From assembly GCA_943370825.1 (NCBI GenBank), contig CALRSR020000006.1:21080-85079 (forward strand): a DNA stretch of 64,000 bases, read 5' to 3'. This stretch comes from Bosea thiooxidans. GTDB taxonomy: Bacteria > Pseudomonadota > Gammaproteobacteria > Burkholderiales > Burkholderiaceae_C. A program made the position numbers and the translations under genes. Below are positions 58,676 through 64,000 of the stretch, piece after piece; positions within the stretch are counted from its first letter, which is position 1; each line of letters starts with the position of its first letter. Below the pieces are notes generated by a model. It was given only the letters and a program-made list of their open reading frames with translations. It made no database searches and was not told the origin of the DNA.

Positions 58676-58706
58676 GGTCAGGCACCGGCGTGACCGGTGC
58701 CTGACC
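58676..58706. repeat. Perfect 13-bp inverted repeat
   Basis: GGTCAGGCACCGG-cgtga-CCGGTGCCTGACC. Confidence 0.9.
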
Positions 58707-59078
58707 ATGCAGGTTGAATGTCCGGACATGGGCCGCAAGGTCCTGCAACAGGCCAGCGGTCAAGGACAGGAGCGTTTCGGCCGGACAGATTCCAGCCATT
58801 GCTGGATGTTCCGATGGATGTCGTCGGGGTTGGCAGGCCCTGGATCACCCCGGTTCAAGGAGTGGGAGTGGGTACTGGCGACGACGCTGGAGGTGTAGGT
58901 GGATCTCGGCATCACAGCGGGCTCCAGATGGTTGTTGAATGGACATGTCCATCACCTTGGCCAGCACGACCCGGGCCGCCAGGACCACCGGTCAGCTTTT
59001 CGGATTAAACGATATCCATCTGATCACCAACCATCTTGTTCCACTGACCCGGCTGCTCGCTGAGCACCGCTCGATCCC

Positions 59079-61934
59079 ATGAAACGCTCCCAATCCTCCA
59101 CCTGGACGCCGCCTGTCACGGCCCATCCTGGCCAACCCCTGGCGACCCCCGGCAATACAGCGGTGGCGGGCCCGGCCAGCACCGCTCTCGCCCTGCAGTC
59201 AAGGCTGAGCGCGGCCCAGTCCCAGGCGCCGAATCTGCAGGTGCAGACCACCCCCCAGGAGCGATGCATCACCACTGCACTGGCCCAAGCACTGTCCCTG
59301 GCCGATCTGATCCCCAGGCACCAGCGCCGCCAGGACAAGATGGACAAGTGCGCACAACCCGACTCCGGCGTCACATCGGCCGATGTGGGCAGCGACAGCG
59401 ACAGCGACGCCGACCTCAACGCCCCCGCACAGGCCGCTGCTGCGCGCGCCGCGCTGGACAGCGCACTCCCCGGCATACCCCGGCTGCACGGCATGGCAAC
59501 GAACGACACGGCCGCGCATCATTGCCAGGCTTATTGCCTGGCAACGATGCAAGCCCACACATGTCATACCGCCGGCCACCACCTGCCTGAAACCTGCGGC
59601 GCCCTGCACAGCCCCAATTCGCAGAACATTCAGCTCGCCCGACTGGAAGTGCTGAGCCTTCTCAGCCTCACCGCTCAACCCGATCCACAGCTGCTGAAAC
59701 TGCTTACCCGGCTGCTGCAGATGGCCAGTGACATCCCCATGACCCTGGCCGCCACAGCCCTGCTGCCGGGCAGCCTTGGAAAACACATGGCCCTGGCCCT
59801 GCAGGCAGCCTATCTGCAAGGCAGCGACCTGCCACTGCCCGCCTTCGGGCTGCAGGGCACCCTGCCCCCCTACATCAAGACCGCCTACCTGCCGCCGCTG
59901 CAGCCCGGTGCCATCGCCAGTCAGGACATGTTCCGCCTCTCGATCCGTGGCTCCGGTGTGTGGGAGGCGGCTGTGGAGAAGGCCCACGATCTGAGCGAGA
60001 AGCTCTACCAGTGCCTGGAGCTGCGTCGTACGCAACGCACCAACCCCACCCGCCAGTTGCGGCAAAAGGTGCAGCAGCAACAGATCGCCCAGCACCGTCA
60101 GACCGCACACAAGGCGCTGCAGCAACTCGATCAGCTCGATCAGTGGCAGACACCCATCGGTGCTCCGATCGCCAGCACGCCCGCCACCGACCCACGCCTG
60201 GCCCAGATCAACGCGGTGCTGCTGGTGGATCAGCACCAGCAGAGCCTGACCCAGCCCGAGGCGGTCTTCAAGGCGCTGGCACAACACCCGCCGCAGACCG
60301 AGGCCCTGCAATCCGCGCGCGAGTCCGTGTTGCTGGACTGCCTGCGCCAGGACAACCCGCCGGCGCACCTGGCTCTGCTGGACTGCCTGCTGCGCATCAA
60401 CACCGACAGCTGGTTCAGTGTGAAGCAGACTTCCATCACCCAGGCTTTGGCCATACCGGAACAAGACATCCAGGGCCAAAGCAACGCCCTGAAGAAAGCC
60501 ATCGACACGCTGGTGCGGGCTACGAAGCACAACCCATCGCCCATCGCTCCCATTGCGCTGTGCTGCCCTGAACGCATCAGCCGCTCGTTGGCCGACCATG
60601 CGCCCAACCTGGGCCTGCTGTTCTCTCACCCAGGCATCCGCGGCTTGCGCCTGGATGGTGTGCTGCTGAACCCGACCCCACTTGTGCAGACACCAGCGGA
60701 CTCACTGGTGCCGATGGCTCGATCAGCATCAGCCCTGGAGCGGCTGGAACTGGCCAACCTGGCGCCGGAGTCCTACACATGCGAAGCCGTCGTGAACCTC
60801 ATCAAGGAACTGCCCGGGTTGCGCGAGCTGGCCCTGGGTGCGGAGGACCTGCAAGGCAATTCGGCCTCCCAGTGCCTGGCTTTCGCCCGCGCGGTGCTTG
60901 GCAAGAACCTGAAGAGGCTGGAGATCACGGGATCGACCAGTGACCGGCCGGCATCCTGGGACCTGCTGCGGGCCTTCGAATGGGCGCTGAACGACCCGGG
61001 ATCAGAGCCAGGCGCCATGCAGCAGCCGACTCTGGGTACTGTGGCGACAACCGTCCGAATCACAACCACCCTACATTCCAATTGGCTGTTTGGCTACCTG
61101 GCGTCTCTGGTGAGGGCAGATTGCTCCGCGCTCGAACTGAATGCAGCGGAGGAAGCCCTCGTAACGTTCGTGTCTGAAGGACACCCCGCCGTGACCGATT
61201 GGCTGACAGCCATGGAACAGCGAACCCGCCCTCTTCACCTGACGCTCCGTGAAGGCTTGCCGGGCACCGGATCCTGGCTTGCCTGCCTGCCGTCGAACCG
61301 GCCGACCGGTGAAAAGTACACCCTCGGTTGTCTTGAAGCGCTGTCATTCGAATACACAGCGGATGACGTGGGTGCAGACCTTCAGGACATGTGCCACTCC
61401 CTCGGCTCGTTGGCGCTGGTGGTCGAGCGCCTCCACCGCCTGCAGACATTGGAAGTCGTCATGAACATTGGCGGGCACGTGACCGAGCCGCTGCATCGCT
61501 GTGATCCCAGCAATCTGGCTCACGAATTGATACAGACCGGCAACAAGACCCATGCGGTCATCCCCCCCAACAATGCCTGGTCCATCCAGTTCAAGCGGTC
61601 TCTGGAATGGGCGCGTTTCGGTCGCGGGCCTCTGCAGACGGCGTCCTGGGCGGCCTTGCTGAAGCAGGCCAGTGGGCGCAGCTGGCCTACCGAGATCGTG
61701 CAGCGCATCCTCGACGCCTTGAACAAGACCGGCCACGCGCATCCCGAGGCCCCTGCGCTCAACCGCGCGCAACTGCTGACCTCGGTGGAACACTACGAAG
61801 CCATGCAGGCGCGCCAGATCGCTCAATCCATGCCAGTGCCGGCCTGGGTGGCCAGGCACCCCCGCCACGATCTGGCAGAACAGGTCAAGCAGCGGCGAGG
61901 AATCGCACGTGGCATTCCGGATCTCATCATCTGA
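59079..61934 (+). CDS. LRR-like orphan protein, paralog 3, with long N-terminal extension
   Basis: 951 aa; MKRSQSS start; HPGIRGLRL, LERLEL, LRELAL, LKRLEI, LQTLEV. Confidence 0.8.
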   Translation: MKRSQSSTWTPPVTAHPGQPLATPGNTAVAGPASTALALQSRLSAAQSQAPNLQVQTTPQERCITTALAQALSLADLIPRHQRRQDKMDKCAQPDSGVTSADVGSDSDSDADLNAPAQAAAARAALDSALPGIPRLHGMATNDTAAHHCQAYCLATMQAHTCHTAGHHLPETCGALHSPNSQNIQLARLEVLSLLSLTAQPDPQLLKLLTRLLQMASDIPMTLAATALLPGSLGKHMALALQAAYLQGSDLPLPAFGLQGTLPPYIKTAYLPPLQPGAIASQDMFRLSIRGSGVWEAAVEKAHDLSEKLYQCLELRRTQRTNPTRQLRQKVQQQQIAQHRQTAHKALQQLDQLDQWQTPIGAPIASTPATDPRLAQINAVLLVDQHQQSLTQPEAVFKALAQHPPQTEALQSARESVLLDCLRQDNPPAHLALLDCLLRINTDSWFSVKQTSITQALAIPEQDIQGQSNALKKAIDTLVRATKHNPSPIAPIALCCPERISRSLADHAPNLGLLFSHPGIRGLRLDGVLLNPTPLVQTPADSLVPMARSASALERLELANLAPESYTCEAVVNLIKELPGLRELALGAEDLQGNSASQCLAFARAVLGKNLKRLEITGSTSDRPASWDLLRAFEWALNDPGSEPGAMQQPTLGTVATTVRITTTLHSNWLFGYLASLVRADCSALELNAAEEALVTFVSEGHPAVTDWLTAMEQRTRPLHLTLREGLPGTGSWLACLPSNRPTGEKYTLGCLEALSFEYTADDVGADLQDMCHSLGSLALVVERLHRLQTLEVVMNIGGHVTEPLHRCDPSNLAHELIQTGNKTHAVIPPNNAWSIQFKRSLEWARFGRGPLQTASWAALLKQASGRSWPTEIVQRILDALNKTGHAHPEAPALNRAQLLTSVEHYEAMQARQIAQSMPVPAWVARHPRHDLAEQVKQRRGIARGIPDLII

Positions 61935-61945
61935 CCCATCGCACC

Positions 61946-64000
61946 ATGATCCGCCACAGTCCCACCACCCCATTGCACCGATCCACCTTCAGAAGCACAG
62001 ACAACGAGCCGTCCCACCACACCCCGTCATACGCCTCAGACCTGCTGAGGGAGTCCCGCCAAGGCTCCGGCTGCACCGTTGCCCGCCAGCTTGACACCCG
62101 GTGCGTCACACCGGTCAATTCATCCGCACCGCCCCCGCTGACGCTGGAGCGCTTTCCATCCTGGGCTCCATCGATCGAGGCCTGGAATGCGCACCTGGAG
62201 AAATGGGCGCACGCATGCCGATTGATGAAGAATGACAAGCTTCCGCTGGTGCACCAAGCGCTGGCCAGTCCGCTGACCGACCCTGAGCTGTTGCAGGCCG
62301 CTCGGGAAGAGTTGATGATCACGCGCACCAGGAAATCCCACAGCATTGCTTACAACGATGGCATGCTTGCCTTGCTTCGACTGCGACCCGATGTGCCCTT
62401 CGTCATGTCACGCAGCAGGCTGGATGATGCGCTGCCTGGGAAGATCGGCGGGTATCACGGCTGGTCGCGCGCTGTGCGTTGTCTCGGCTTGTTCGTTGTC
62501 AAGGAGAAACATCCGATAGCGGATCTGCGTCTTAACGACAAAGCAACGCCGCCTTCTTTTCTTGATTCCACGGCCTTCTTCCCGCCGCAGGCCTACACGC
62601 TGTTTCAGTCGCCCGCAGTGGGTCACATTCACCTGCAGCACGTTCAGATCTCGAATACGGCCCTGCAGTACTTCAAAAGCGACAAGAAACCCGCAACGAT
62701 CCCATCGCTGACCCTGGAGGGACTGGGTGTGGACTCTGCTTTCTTCAAGCAGGAAAGTGATCTGTTTCCTCAATTGCGGACACTGCACCTCAACCTGCGG
62801 CCTGAGTCCAAAGAAAGCGTCTCCGCCAAGATATTCGAAGCGACCGCCAACAGCTTGCTGGACCGGACTCTGGACCGGTTGCAGATCTTTGTCACACCCA
62901 ACCAGGATCCCACCACAGTGCTGTCGCTGTTGAAGAGCATCGGCGCGCAACGTCGCCAGCGGTCCGAGGCACCGCACTGGGGGCAATTCAGCCTGGTGCT
63001 GCCCGAGCACGAACGCAGGTTGCCGGCTGCGGTCGGCCAGGTCATCCGAGACATGGTGGAACTGGGGTGCCCGAAGGCCATGCTGGAGCTGGGGGCGAAC
63101 AACGGCCAGCCAGGCGGTGGCACCCCTTCCCCGGATGGTCCGGCTTCATCCGGGATGCTGAAGCTTCTTTTTGAGCCCGGATCCAGTCACCTCCATCTGC
63201 GCAATCTCATGGTCAACGACAAGGTACTGGATGCCATCGGCATGTTGCCAGCCCGCACACCCTTGCGATCGGTGACGCTCGAACAGATGGACATCGCCTC
63301 ACCCGGCTTGCCGGAGAGCCTGGCGGCGTTCACCGGCTTGCAGGCGCTTGACCTGAACATCGTGCAGAAGGGCCCGGTCACCGCTGCACAGTTTGACGAG
63401 TTGGCCAGAGCCCTGCTGACCATGCCATTGCAGGAGCTGCAGTTGAAGGTGATGCCTGGGGACGATCTTCTCCCGGTGTGGTGTCTTCTGCACTCCCTGC
63501 AGCTGGAACGGCAGAAGATGAAAGAGGCACCGCCCTGGAAGTCATTGAGCTTGCTGCTGCCGACACTTGCGCTGGCGATGCAGGCGCGCTACCACGCCGC
63601 TGTAGCGATGATGATCGGCCTGGGCTGTCCTCGGCTGGTGCTGGAAGTGCAATCTCTGGACAAGGACTTCCGGGACAGCGTCCAGGCAGACCAGCCTTTG
63701 AGTCCTTCCAGGATCGCACTGCGGGAGCGAACGCAACCGCTGGATCTTCAGATCCGGCTGGGCCATCACGCCCTGGCGCACCATGTGATGGCGGCGTGGG
63801 TGAAACCACTGACCTGGCTGAGCGACAACGATCCGGACACCCCCGAACTGCCCCATATCCCCTGTTTGACCGGCTTTTCGATGCAGCTGTCGGGATCTGG
63901 GGTGGATGTCGACGAGCTGTTGCTGCAGCGGGCGGCCCTGATGAGCCAGGCGAGCCATGTCTGCGCCTCGGTGGTGCATCAGAGTCCGAACCTCAAGACG
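61946..64000 (+). CDS. LRR-like orphan protein, paralog 4 (3' truncated by window edge; absent from the ORF track)
   Basis: Manual translation is open from ATG 61946 (MIRHSPTTP...) to the window end; LRTLHL, LQALDL, PLQELQL, ERTQPLDL. Confidence 0.8.
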   Translation, partial: MIRHSPTTPLHRSTFRSTDNEPSHHTPSYASDLLRESRQGSGCTVARQLDTRCVTPVNSSAPPPLTLERFPSWAPSIEAWNAHLEKWAHACRLMKNDKLPLVHQALASPLTDPELLQAAREELMITRTRKSHSIAYNDGMLALLRLRPDVPFVMSRSRLDDALPGKIGGYHGWSRAVRCLGLFVVKEKHPIADLRLNDKATPPSFLDSTAFFPPQAYTLFQSPAVGHIHLQHVQISNTALQYFKSDKKPATIPSLTLEGLGVDSAFFKQESDLFPQLRTLHLNLRPESKESVSAKIFEATANSLLDRTLDRLQIFVTPNQDPTTVLSLLKSIGAQRRQRSEAPHWGQFSLVLPEHERRLPAAVGQVIRDMVELGCPKAMLELGANNGQPGGGTPSPDGPASSGMLKLLFEPGSSHLHLRNLMVNDKVLDAIGMLPARTPLRSVTLEQMDIASPGLPESLAAFTGLQALDLNIVQKGPVTAAQFDELARALLTMPLQELQLKVMPGDDLLPVWCLLHSLQLERQKMKEAPPWKSLSLLLPTLALAMQARYHAAVAMMIGLGCPRLVLEVQSLDKDFRDSVQADQPLSPSRIALRERTQPLDLQIRLGHHALAHHVMAAWVKPLTWLSDNDPDTPELPHIPCLTGFSMQLSGSGVDVDELLLQRAALMSQASHVCASVVHQSPNLKT

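Noticed and set aside
58659-58912. Two short minus-strand ORFs (about 50 and 46 aa) that might be a frameshifted gene
   Set aside because: Too short, no RBS or recognisable motif; cannot be supported
58989-59015. Possible sigma28 promoter (AACGATAT) upstream of paralog 3
   Set aside because: No TCAAG/TAAA -35 at the correct spacing
1-64000. CRISPR array, tRNA/rRNA, transposase or integrase
   Set aside because: None recognised anywhere in the window

Overview
This is a high-GC betaproteobacterial chromosome segment; gene order and content suggest Comamonadaceae (inference). It holds the groEL 3' end, tal/hexR, an M20 amidohydrolase, two tandem porins, coq7, osmC, a CU-rich sRNA, ilvA, a degenerate cobT and a DUF294 nucleotidyltransferase/exonuclease pair. 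A complete type II secretion cluster follows (gspC divergent, then gspGHIJKLMNDE and gspF), with a Tat-signal multicopper oxidase plus SCO cassette inserted between gspE and gspF. Next come a 5'-nucleotidase, a fused ABC transporter, queC and an EAL/HDOD gene, then a large flagellar region (flgB-L, flgA, flgM, flgN, fliA, flhG-like, flhF, flhA, flhB). The flagellar region is repeatedly interrupted by orphan genes. The strongest signal is a family of four paralogous LRR-like proteins flanking flhB, two of which split flhB from flhA. They have Ser/Pro/Thr-rich N-termini (three start MKR) and, in the three complete copies, a shared C-terminal motif that includes an F-box-like helix. They are candidate type III/flagellar-exported effectors. 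A phage P1/P4-type C4/CI antisense-RNA module with both target sites lies between flgN and fliA. All family assignments are by manual motif recognition; no database searches were run.
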